From Candidatus Falkowbacteria bacterium (GTDB lineage: Bacteria; Patescibacteriota; Patescibacteriia; Patescibacteriales; Patescibacteriaceae), in NCBI GenBank assembly GCA_037130845.1, contig JBAXSE010000013.1, positions 1-38,664 on the forward strand: a DNA stretch of 38,664 bases, read 5' to 3'. Positions 16,175 to 24,069 of the stretch are shown here, piece after piece (within the stretch, counting starts at the first letter, position 1; each line of letters opens with the position of its first letter). The notes under the pieces are model-generated. The model ran no database searches and was not told where the DNA came from. It saw nothing but the letters and a program-made list of their open reading frames with translations. The translations under genes were made by a program, and so were the position numbers.

Positions 16175-17494
16175 CTAATTCAAATGAATGTTGCTTGATG
16201 CCGCTTTGGCAGCAGTTGCGGTGGGCGATAAGAATCCGTGGACTCTTTTGTAATGCCTAAAGACATTTTCGAATTTTATTTTTTGCAAATGAGTAATTTG
16301 TGCAAACATATAATCTTCGGTTATCTGTCCCAGGTCAACCTGTGTTTGCAGATTGGCCAGGCAATACGGACAAAGCCGTTCTTCATCGCCATCGATTTCG
16401 TCGTCTGTCCCGTTGAGCTGTCTGAGTTGATTGATTTCCTCGACGGTTTTGGGCCATAGCTTGAGAGCCTGCAGCTGTTCTTCGTTAGCTTTCTTTTTCC
16501 TTAGCGCCAGCACTTTCTTTTTGGCTTCCAATTCGTAGCCTTGGATTTCCAGGTCAACCCTTTCTTTTTCTATCCTTAGCAATTCCTTTTCTTTGGCTAG
16601 TTGCAGGTCGGCTTTGCGCTGTTCTTCCAGTAGGTCGGCTTGCGCTTTAGCTGCCAGATCATCAGCTAATTTTTGTTTAGCTTTTTTGTCGGCTGCTTCT
16701 TTTGATTTCTTTGCGTCAGCAATTTGTTTGAGTTCTAGCTTTTCAGCTTCCTCCTTTAACTTTTTTGCATCCGTAAGCTGTTTGAGTTTAAGTTTTTCCG
16801 CTTTCTGGACTGCTGCCATATTATCGGCTGCTTTCTTTTCTTCAGCCTGTTTGGCTTTTTCAATCGCCTTGTTCTTGTCGGCAATTACCTTTAGCCTGGC
16901 CGTCTCTGTGTCTTTTTCTTGTTTGGCAAGCCAAACCAATTGCTGATTGTTCGCTTTGACCAGCCATTGTTCATCTTTAATCCTGTCTCGAACAGTTTTT
17001 TTGAGCCGATAGCTGATGGCAGCGCGTTTGATTTTTTTAACCAGGGCAATTAGTAGAAAAATACTAATGACGATTAAGGCGAAGATGATGGCAATTTTCA
17101 CTGTTCCACTCGGCAAATTGTCTAGTATGGATTTTGATTTGGCCGTTGAAGTATTTAGGTCAACGGCTTGGTAGGTGACTTTGAGTGCGGATTTGTCATC
17201 CTCTTCAATGTCGCCAATTGTAACCTTGGCGCCAAGCTTGGATAGTTTTTCGCCGAATTCTTCCGCCTTTTTCAAGGCTTCTGCTTTTTCTCTTTTTGAG
17301 GCATAGCAGCCGGTGATTTGAACCAGTATTTCCTGGTCTTTGTCAAAGGCTTTTTCTATCCTTTTTTGCCAATCGGTCATCGTTTGGTCCCAGTCTGTAT
17401 AGTCGGCCGGATAGCTGATTTTTTGTTCTTCGCCAGCCCATGCAACGCCGGCAGTTAGCAGAAAGGTAAATAAAATGATGAAAAAAGTTCTCAT
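16175..17494 (-). CDS. Membrane-anchored coiled-coil protein (K/E/A-rich repeats) with a C-terminal Cys2-His2-like motif; hypothetical
   Basis: CAGGAG SD lies 5 nt before the ATG (minus strand). N-terminal signal/anchor MRTFFIILFTFLLTAGVAWA. Internal TM IAIIFALIVISIFLLIALV. About 190 aa of AEKLKLKQLTDAKK-type heptad-like repeats. CPYC...H-x5-H near the C-terminus. Confidence 0.7.
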   Translation of the reverse strand: MRTFFIILFTFLLTAGVAWAGEEQKISYPADYTDWDQTMTDWQKRIEKAFDKDQEILVQITGCYASKREKAEALKKAEEFGEKLSKLGAKVTIGDIEEDDKSALKVTYQAVDLNTSTAKSKSILDNLPSGTVKIAIIFALIVISIFLLIALVKKIKRAAISYRLKKTVRDRIKDEQWLVKANNQQLVWLAKQEKDTETARLKVIADKNKAIEKAKQAEEKKAADNMAAVQKAEKLKLKQLTDAKKLKEEAEKLELKQIADAKKSKEAADKKAKQKLADDLAAKAQADLLEEQRKADLQLAKEKELLRIEKERVDLEIQGYELEAKKKVLALRKKKANEEQLQALKLWPKTVEEINQLRQLNGTDDEIDGDEERLCPYCLANLQTQVDLGQITEDYMFAQITHLQKIKFENVFRHYKRVHGFLSPTATAAKAASSNIHLN

Positions 17495-17607
17495 CGTAAC
17501 TCCTGTATCTTAGTTTGTAATGTACTTGTTTAAGGCTAAATTATAGCACATTTGTTGGTATTTGTCAATGATATGCTGAATTATATCTATTACATGCGTA
17601 ATATTAG

Positions 17608-17758
17608 CCCTTCGACGAGCTCAGGGCAGGCCAAATTTCTCTATTATTAGCTAAAAAAATATAAATTTTTGTAATAGATTACTAGCCTTGTTTTGTGCTT
17701 GGTATATCAAAAAAGCATGTCAAAAGACGAGAGGGCTTGCCCTGAGCATGTCGAAGGG
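17608..17758. repeat. Imperfect 25-bp inverted repeats flanking a 101-bp AT-rich core (MITE/REP-like element)
   Basis: cccttcgacgagctcagggcaggcc (17608-17632) versus the reverse complement of ggcttgccctgagcatgtcgaaggg (17734-17758): 22 of 25 positions match. Confidence 0.7.
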
Positions 17759-17787
17759 TTGACATTTACTATATTTTGTGTTATATT
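17759..17787 (+). promoter_or_regulatory. Sigma70-type promoter with extended -10, abutting the right inverted repeat
   Basis: TTGACA (17759-64), 17-nt spacer ending TGt, TATATT (17782-87). It would give a ~460-nt leader before ATG18251. Confidence 0.5.
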
Positions 17788-17914
17788 CTTCTCTATTAAA
17801 TATGTTTTGTCCGCAAGGTCCATGTTTAATAAAAAATAAGAGAAAGCAAAGTACATTAACAATTAAGTATCAATTGATTGTCAATATTCAAAGATTTGAT
17901 GACTTTAATGTTGG

Positions 17915-18115
17915 CTGAGGGGAAGTGAGGCGTCGTCCGAACTTATCCTTGGCTAATAATTGGAGCTATGAGAGCTTTTTATGTTGGTGGTAGATTATAA
18001 ATAATTGAGTCTTTGTTTTTAAGATTTTTCGATCGAAGAGCAGATTGTCTCGCAGGTTATTCTATTATTATCAGAAACTACTTAGATATGAAGTGAGGTA
18101 CGACCAAACTGATTA
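17915..18115 (+). promoter_or_regulatory. Candidate structured 5' leader (possible riboswitch-like RNA) upstream of the LysM-NlpC/P60 gene
   Basis: Two related modules 168 nt apart: GAAGTGAGGcgtCGtCCgAAC...CTAAT..GAGC from 17922 and GAAGTGAGGtaCGaCCaAAC..TTAAT.GAGC from 18090. No convincing ORF. Class not identified. Confidence 0.3.
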
Positions 18116-18250
18116 ATGAGCGGCCAGAAAATAAAAAAAATAATTGAAAATGCAATCCTATTGGAGTTCGAAACTTCGTCTGGAATAATGCCAGAAAATT
18201 ATGTCTGGCAAAAAATAACTTATTTTTTAATTTATACCACAGGCATAAAA

Positions 18251-19465
18251 ATGAAGAGAATATATTTAACTTTAATCGTGGCAGTTATCTTTTGCATTAT
18301 TTCCGCAAATGTTAACGCCAAAACAAAAACACGCACTACAAGCAATGCCCCAGCCGGCACCCCGATAATATACACGGTAGCCAAGGGCAATTGCTTATCC
18401 ACTATTGCAGATAAATTCGGCTTAAGCGTCGCTGAATTATATAATCTGAACAAAAGCAAAATCAGCGATAAAAGTTTGATTTATGCAGGTCAGAAATTTA
18501 TCGTCGGTTATCAGGAGACAGTCCAGCCGCAAACAACCACAGTGGTTTCTGGCGACGGCGCTGCTAATACTTTTAGCCAAAACTATTTCGGTTATCTGTT
18601 GCCTTTCTGCCTCTATGTTGCCCCATCTGATAGCACTTGCGGCCAGTCTGACCCGACGATTGCCGACAAAGAGGAATATGTCGAAGCTGATAGAATCTTG
18701 ATAGCCAAAGCTAAACTCTTGGGAATTAAATATAATACCCAGTCTAGCAAATTGTATTCAGCCAAAGAGATTATAAAAAGTTTCCAAGGCAAATTAATTT
18801 ATTGCAAGGACAAAAGTTTTGTCCTGGATAAGAACGGCGCTAAGATGTATCTTAGGCAGTCCGACAAAGATATACTGCTGTGGGCCTGTTATGGCCTGGG
18901 TATAGAATTGTATGATTGCCAGGATCCAAAGATGATTATTGAAGCTCATGAACTGGGCATCAAGTTCAATCATCCCGGCGGCCGTTATCACGATCGCGAA
19001 GAAATCGTACAGAGCATGTATGATGAAAATGGGCGCAAGAAAGTGGCCTATTCGCGGTCTATGCGTTTTCAGTGGATCAGCCGCTTGGTTTATTTGGACT
19101 GCTCCGCCTTTGCTTATTTTTTGAGCAATTGCTATGCGCAAATAGCCCCCGGCAATACTTCGCTTACTATCTTTACCGCCAAACACGGCAGGCGTCTGGT
19201 CACTTCTGTTGATCAGCTTAAGCCCGGCGATTTGGTAGGAAGGCCCGGAGTCTCTGAGGGGCACGTGGTTACTTATCTGGGTAATGGGAAATTCGCCCAT
19301 TCATCCGGAGATAAGCCGCTGTTTACCGACAAGGACCAGATCGGGCTTAAAAAAGGTTTGTTTTGCTGCCGACCGCAGCCAAACCGGGAATTGGAAAATT
19401 CCTTACTTGCTCATAACAAAATATTAAGCAAAAAATTTCCACAATCTATCGCTGGCAATAAGTAA
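18251..19465 (+). CDS. Secreted LysM-domain NlpC/P60-family peptidoglycan hydrolase
   Basis: Start ATG18251 gives signal peptide MKRIYLTLIVAVIFCIISANVNA. LysM segment YTVAKGNCLSTIADKFGLSVAELYNLN...GQKFIV. NlpC/P60 catalytic Cys (YLDCSAFAYF) and His (GDLVGRPG...GHVVTYLGNGKFAHS). Confidence 0.8.
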   Translation: MKRIYLTLIVAVIFCIISANVNAKTKTRTTSNAPAGTPIIYTVAKGNCLSTIADKFGLSVAELYNLNKSKISDKSLIYAGQKFIVGYQETVQPQTTTVVSGDGAANTFSQNYFGYLLPFCLYVAPSDSTCGQSDPTIADKEEYVEADRILIAKAKLLGIKYNTQSSKLYSAKEIIKSFQGKLIYCKDKSFVLDKNGAKMYLRQSDKDILLWACYGLGIELYDCQDPKMIIEAHELGIKFNHPGGRYHDREEIVQSMYDENGRKKVAYSRSMRFQWISRLVYLDCSAFAYFLSNCYAQIAPGNTSLTIFTAKHGRRLVTSVDQLKPGDLVGRPGVSEGHVVTYLGNGKFAHSSGDKPLFTDKDQIGLKKGLFCCRPQPNRELENSLLAHNKILSKKFPQSIAGNK

Positions 19466-19483
19466 TAGATTTTTAAAAACCAA

Positions 19484-19510
19484 CCCCGCTCAATGCTAGC
19501 GGGGTTTTAT
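19484..19510. terminator. Bidirectional terminator between convergent genes
   Basis: Stem ccccgct (19484-90) / agcgggg (19498-504), with an A-run upstream and ttttat downstream. Confidence 0.6.
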
Positions 19511-19574
19511 AATATTTAAAATAAGATTATAACCTTGCGGATAGTTTTGTTTATATTAACTATATTTAGAAAAG

Positions 19575-20393
19575 CTAGAAAGTGATAGGGTTATTATTAA
19601 AAGGCTCGACTTTGCAAAAGTCTGGAATTAAGTTTTCTTGGCTTCCTGCCTCTTGTATCCATCCGTTGCCCAGGCCCAGCTTGAGCTGATACTGGTGGAC
19701 GATGGCGAACTCTTCGGCTGTCACGGCGCGACCCAGTTCGGGGAAGCGGTCGGCCTGGTAAAGCGGGGAGTATTGGTTCATCAGGCTGATGTGCAGCTCC
19801 AAGTCGATGGCGGCCAGGGTGTCTAGCACGCCGAAGCTGTTGGTCAGCTGGTCGGGCAAGACCATGTGCCGGACTATCAGTCCCTTGGCTGCTTTATTAT
19901 TTACAATTTGCAGATTGCCGACTTGTCGGTACATCTCGGCGATAGCTGTTTGGGCGGTGGCAAAATAATCTTTGATGCCTGAGTATTTGAAGGCCAGATC
20001 GTCGTGGCTGTATTTGAAATCGGGGAGGTAGATGTCGATCAAGCCGTCCATCTCTTTGATGATGTCCGGCGATTCGTAGCCGTTGGAGTTCCAGGCGATC
20101 GGAATTTTTAGCCCTTGTCCTTTGGCGCTGATAATCGCTTCTTTGATGCACTGGTGCCAGATTGTGGGAGTGACTAGGTCGATGTTGGCTGCGCCGAGTA
20201 TTTGCAATTCTAGCATCATGCCAGCTAGTTCTTGGCTGTCAAAAAGCCGGCCCAGATACTGTTGCGAAATCTGGAAATTCTGGCAGAAGACGCAGTGCAG
20301 ATTGCAGCCGCTAAAGAAGATGCCGCCGGCCGGCAGCAGGGGTGGTTCTTCGCCCGTGTGCAGGCCATGCCAGGCGATTTTGGTTTGGGTCAT
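19575..20393 (-). CDS. Radical SAM enzyme, PflX-like (putative glycyl-radical-activating-enzyme family)
   Basis: FFSGCNLHCVFCQNFQIS carries the CxxxCxxC 4Fe-4S/SAM motif. 272 aa, collinear with COG1313-type proteins as I remember them. Confidence 0.75.
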   Translation of the reverse strand: MTQTKIAWHGLHTGEEPPLLPAGGIFFSGCNLHCVFCQNFQISQQYLGRLFDSQELAGMMLELQILGAANIDLVTPTIWHQCIKEAIISAKGQGLKIPIAWNSNGYESPDIIKEMDGLIDIYLPDFKYSHDDLAFKYSGIKDYFATAQTAIAEMYRQVGNLQIVNNKAAKGLIVRHMVLPDQLTNSFGVLDTLAAIDLELHISLMNQYSPLYQADRFPELGRAVTAEEFAIVHQYQLKLGLGNGWIQEAGSQENLIPDFCKVEPFNNNPITF

Positions 20394-20482
20394 AGATTGG
20401 TAGTATAATCAGCAATTTGACTCCTGGCAAGCTGTTTGCTATGGTCAAGAGGATAGTTGTTTCAAATATTAGGAATTATCGT

Positions 20483-21016
20483 ATGAAAACATTGTCATCG
20501 ATCGTCAAGATTGTTCACAAGAACATCTGTGCCAGCCCGGAAGTCTATAAGGCTTTCCAATTGCGGGTGTCCGAAGGCGCGCCGACGCGGGAGCAAAATC
20601 CGATGTCTCATTTTTCTGTCTATTTTTTGCCCTATAATCCGTACAACAAAAAAGTATTCATTACGCATCACAAGAAATCCGGCCTGTGGCTATCGCCCGG
20701 CGGACATGTGGACGAAGGCGAAACTTTGTGGCAGACGGTTAATCGCGAGATCAAAGAGGAGTTGGGCGTGGCTGATTTTTTCAAGCTTGAGCCTAAGCCT
20801 TTCTTGCTGACCATCACGCCGGTGGCCAATGCCGCTCATGCCTGCAAAACGCATTATGACGTTTGGTATCTGGTGATTACTGACGGCCATGATTTTAGTA
20901 TCGATCCCAGAGAGTTCCATGCCACGCAGTGGATGGCTATCGACGATGCCAAAAAGATTGTCACCGATCCGCCTAATCTGCTGGCCTTGGACCGGGTGGC
21001 ACGACTGGCCAAATAA
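20483..21016 (+). CDS. Nudix hydrolase
   Basis: Canonical Nudix box GGHVDEGETLWQTVNREIKEELGV. Start ATG20483 is preferred (AGGAA 7 nt upstream); in-frame alternatives at 20417 (TTG) and 20441. Confidence 0.8.
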   Translation: MKTLSSIVKIVHKNICASPEVYKAFQLRVSEGAPTREQNPMSHFSVYFLPYNPYNKKVFITHHKKSGLWLSPGGHVDEGETLWQTVNREIKEELGVADFFKLEPKPFLLTITPVANAAHACKTHYDVWYLVITDGHDFSIDPREFHATQWMAIDDAKKIVTDPPNLLALDRVARLAK

Positions 21017-21032
21017 TTCCAAAAAGAATAAA

Positions 21033-21065
21033 ACCCGCTCCGACTTGATGTCGGGCGGGTTTTTG
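21033..21065 (+). terminator. Rho-independent terminator
   Basis: Interrupted stem acccgc-tc-cgac / gtcg-g-gcgggt, followed by ttttg. Confidence 0.6.
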
Positions 21066-21263
21066 ATTGTTTTTCCGCTAATGTTAAAAAAATAATTTGA
21101 TAAGTGTAATATTGCTTAATAAGGTGCTACCATCTCGCATGCTTTACAAGATATAATAATTGTGTCATACTTTGCCGGTAGCTTTTTGGATTAGATATGC
21201 ACGGGGTAGATATATCAGATTTGAGGGCTAGTAATAATTAATATTAGCCAAAAAGCTATCATT

Positions 21264-23021
21264 ATGATCACATTTAAAGAACTCGGTCTTAACGACCATA
21301 TCCAGCAAAGCCTGGAAGAATTGGGCTATATCAACCCAACGCCTATCCAAGAACAGGCGATCCCTTTTGTCTTGGAGAACGAACAAGATTTGATCGGGCT
21401 GGCGCAAACCGGCACCGGCAAGACGGCGGCCTTCGGCTTGCCGATTTTAAACAAATTGGAAAAGAATAAGGACGTGCAAGCCATCATCCTTTGTCCGACC
21501 CGCGAACTGTGCTTGCAGATCAGCAAGGAAATGACCGGCTTTGCCAAACATTCGACCAGCGTCAAAATCGCTACTATCTATGGCGGCGCGCGCGCCGATT
21601 TGCAAGTACAGCAGATTAGGGCTGGCGCCAATATCGTTGTCGGTACTCCCGGACGCGTGCATGATATGATCCGCCGCAAGGTGCTCAAGATGCACACGAT
21701 CCGTTTCGTGGTGTTGGACGAGGCTGACGAGATGCTTGATATGGGCTTCAAGGACGACCTGGATGCTATCTTGGCCGATACGCCGGAGACCAAGCAAACC
21801 TTGCTGTTCTCGGCCACCATGTCTTCGGTGATCCACAATATCGCCAAGAAGTTCATGCACGACCCGAAGGAGATCAGCGTCGGCAAGAAGAATATCGGCG
21901 CCGACAAAGTGGTCCATCAATATTATCTGGTCAAGCAAGGCCAGAAGTATGAAGCCTTGCGCCGCATCGTCGATTCTGAACCGGATATCTATGGTATCTT
22001 GTTCTGCCGCACTCGCAACGAAACCCAGGAGATCGCCGATAAGCTGAAGGAAGATCATTATTCGACCGAGGCCCTGCATGGCGAAATTTCCCAGAGCATG
22101 CGCACTCAGATTATGGAACGATTCCGCCAGCGCAAAATCCAATTGTTGGTGGCGACCGACGTGGCCGCCCGCGGCATCGATGTCAACGACCTGACCCATG
22201 TCATTAATTACAATCTGCCTGATGTCAACGAATTGTATGTCCATCGCAGCGGCCGTACCGGACGCGCTCAGAAAAGCGGCGTCTCCCTTTCTATCCTGAC
22301 CAATCGCGAGCTGCACAAAGTGCGCGAGTTGGAATACAAGACCGGCAAGACCTTTGAACAGAAGCAAGTGCCGACCGGCCAAGAAATCTGCCAGAAGCAA
22401 TTGATCGCCTTGGTCGAGAAAATGAAAGAGATTAAGGTGGATAAGAAGGAAATCGCGCCCTTTATGCCGGCTATTGAAGAGATGCTGGGCGATTTTTCCC
22501 GCGAGGAATTGCTGACTCGTTTTGTCTCGGCTGAATTCAATCATTTTTTATCATTATATAAAGACAAATCAGACTTGGCGTCCGTGCCGATGGGCCGTGA
22601 GGCTGTCGGCGGCCGTACTAACGACCGAGGCGAGCGTCGTGAACGCGGCGAGCGCCAGCCGGAGGAGAACTTTGTCAACGTGCATATCAATATCGGCCGT
22701 CGTGATAATCTGGAGGTCAAAACTTTGTTGGGCTTTATCAATTCCCAGCCGGAATTGAAGGGCGCCGAGATTGGCAAGGTCAAGATTTCCGAAGCCTTTA
22801 CCGTTTTCGGTATTGACAAGAATCGCGCTGGAGTAGTGGCTGACAGCTTCAAGACTGCTCGCTATAACGGACGCGCCTTGGAGGCTAGAGTCGTTGGCGG
22901 CGGGGGAGGAATGGAAAGACCGAGCCGCGGCGGTTATGTCGAAAAGAGTTTTGCTGACAAAAGGCGCGATACCAAATCTTCTTATAAAGCAAGCTCAACT
23001 ACCAAAAAGGGCCGTCGCTAA
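21264..23021 (+). CDS. deaD: DEAD-box ATP-dependent RNA helicase with a DbpA-type C-terminal RNA-binding domain and a basic RG-rich tail
   Basis: Q motif GY..PTPIQ, motif I AQTGTGKT, Ia PTRELC, II VLDEADEM, III SAT, V ATDVAARGID, VI HRSGRTGRA. C-terminal VNVHINIGRRDNLEVKTLLGFI... Confidence 0.92.
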   Translation: MITFKELGLNDHIQQSLEELGYINPTPIQEQAIPFVLENEQDLIGLAQTGTGKTAAFGLPILNKLEKNKDVQAIILCPTRELCLQISKEMTGFAKHSTSVKIATIYGGARADLQVQQIRAGANIVVGTPGRVHDMIRRKVLKMHTIRFVVLDEADEMLDMGFKDDLDAILADTPETKQTLLFSATMSSVIHNIAKKFMHDPKEISVGKKNIGADKVVHQYYLVKQGQKYEALRRIVDSEPDIYGILFCRTRNETQEIADKLKEDHYSTEALHGEISQSMRTQIMERFRQRKIQLLVATDVAARGIDVNDLTHVINYNLPDVNELYVHRSGRTGRAQKSGVSLSILTNRELHKVRELEYKTGKTFEQKQVPTGQEICQKQLIALVEKMKEIKVDKKEIAPFMPAIEEMLGDFSREELLTRFVSAEFNHFLSLYKDKSDLASVPMGREAVGGRTNDRGERRERGERQPEENFVNVHINIGRRDNLEVKTLLGFINSQPELKGAEIGKVKISEAFTVFGIDKNRAGVVADSFKTARYNGRALEARVVGGGGGMERPSRGGYVEKSFADKRRDTKSSYKASSTTKKGRR

Positions 23022-23036
23022 TTATTTATAGATTGC

Positions 23037-23066
23037 AAAAACACTCTGTTAAATGGAGTGTTTTTG
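23037..23066 (+). terminator. Rho-independent terminator
   Basis: Stem aaacactc / gagtgttt around loop tgttaaatg, followed by tttt. Confidence 0.65.
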
Positions 23067-23143
23067 CTTTTTGCCTTGACATTATCTGCTTTTCGTACTA
23101 GCGTAAAAGAAAAATAGTTCATAAACAATTCTAAGGAGATGTA

Positions 23144-23821
23144 ATGGTAAGCAAGAATAATGTTTTTATGTTGGCTCCCGCTGAGCAACTGGCATCTTTG
23201 AGGGTGGATTTGGGCGAATTGCCTGATTTTAACCCGGACTTTATCGTCAAGCCTCTGCCGGACAAGGCAGCAAATAATTTTGTCGTGCCTCAGTGGAGCA
23301 TATTAGCGCCGACCTATCTGGAAGCTTTGGACAAGGTGCATCAGGCTTTGGCAGCTCATTTGGAGTTTACTAATGGCCTAAACCTGTCTCATGGCGAGCG
23401 CCAGGACCTCAAGTTCCTGCGTCCCCAATTTCGTACGGTTAAAGGATGGGAAAAAATGGTTCAGGCGCAGCAGTGCGGTGTAGTAATTGTGCCGGCGCAG
23501 TTTACCGGGCATTATCAGGATCTTGGCTTCCGTAATTTGTATACGGAAAAGATGAACAGGGAAGATGAGTTTGGCCTTGATCCGTATACCGTCGCCATTG
23601 TTTTGCTGTCGCATCAATATTTGTATTATGACGGTGCTGAACTTAATTTGGATATCCGTTGCGCCGGAGCGCATTATCCGCCCCGTAATCCGCCGGATGC
23701 TGACAGTAGTTCTATTTTATATTTTCTCAAGTCGCAGGAGGGTAAGCAAGAATTGTTTCTCTCTAGCAATGCCCATACTTTTAGCGATGCTGAAGGTTGG
23801 GCGACCGGCTATATTCTCTAG
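23144..23821 (+). CDS. Hypothetical protein (225 aa)
   Basis: ATG lies 6 nt after AAGGAG. Clean ORF followed by a terminator. No motif recognised. Confidence 0.65.
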   Translation: MVSKNNVFMLAPAEQLASLRVDLGELPDFNPDFIVKPLPDKAANNFVVPQWSILAPTYLEALDKVHQALAAHLEFTNGLNLSHGERQDLKFLRPQFRTVKGWEKMVQAQQCGVVIVPAQFTGHYQDLGFRNLYTEKMNREDEFGLDPYTVAIVLLSHQYLYYDGAELNLDIRCAGAHYPPRNPPDADSSSILYFLKSQEGKQELFLSSNAHTFSDAEGWATGYIL

Positions 23822-23831
23822 CCAAAAATCA

Positions 23832-23862
23832 AAGAATCGGGTATCAAATCCGATTCTTTTTC
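23832..23862 (+). terminator. Rho-independent terminator
   Basis: 9-bp stem aagaatcgg (23832-40) / ccgattctt (23850-58), followed by tttttc. Confidence 0.7.
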
Positions 23863-23896
23863 TTCCCTTTTTTCCTAATATTAGGCAAAAAATTAT

Positions 23897-23936
23897 ACAC
23901 CACACTTCAGTAAACTAGTTTACTGAAGTGTGGTGT
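23897..23936. repeat. Perfect 40-nt palindrome (19 + 2 + 19), either a second strong hairpin terminator or a protein-binding site
   Basis: acaccacacttcagtaaac-ta-gtttactgaagtgtggtgt, followed by gttttt. It lies 34 nt upstream of the -35 of the next promoter. Confidence 0.85.
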
Positions 23937-23969
23937 GTTTTTGTAAATACGGCAGGGTTATTAATTTTC

Positions 23970-23998
23970 TTGACATTTTTGGCCTTTTCTGGTATTTT
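23970..23998 (+). promoter_or_regulatory. Sigma70-type promoter of the RNAP-like gene
   Basis: TTGACA (23970-75), 17-nt spacer, TATTTT (23993-98). Confidence 0.5.
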
Positions 23999-24069
23999 GT
24001 ATTTACTCCAATTTTTGGTCGGGAGGATAAAACATAGGATCATTTAGTACCTTTACAAAGGAATAAGCA

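Noticed and set aside
16593-16946. 117-aa plus-strand ORF rich in S/A/F/C
   Set aside because: It is the reverse reading of the K/E/A coiled-coil repeats of the 16175-17494 gene and is a low-complexity artefact.
17915-18115. Calling the leader a bona fide ydaO-type c-di-AMP riboswitch
   Set aside because: Only loose string resemblance (CCGAAC, GCTAA, GAGC) and the genomic context support it. I could not reconstruct the conserved helices and pseudoknots by eye, so it is kept only as an unclassified candidate leader.
18116-18250. 45-aa N-terminal extension of the NlpC/P60 ORF starting at ATG18116
   Set aside because: The signal peptide begins at M46 (ATG18251). The extension would bury it and overlaps the repeated leader motif. 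It is more likely untranslated leader.
18794-19300. 168-aa minus-strand ORF inside the LysM-NlpC/P60 gene
   Set aside because: It is antisense to a gene with a signal peptide, a LysM domain and the NlpC/P60 catalytic Cys/His. It has no features of its own.
21447-22544. 365-aa ORF on the minus strand inside the DEAD-box helicase gene
   Set aside because: The plus strand carries every helicase motif in order (Q, I, Ia, II DEAD, III SAT, V, VI). The antisense translation is low-complexity (L/Q/H/D/A-rich) with no motif, SD or promoter. It is a shadow ORF.
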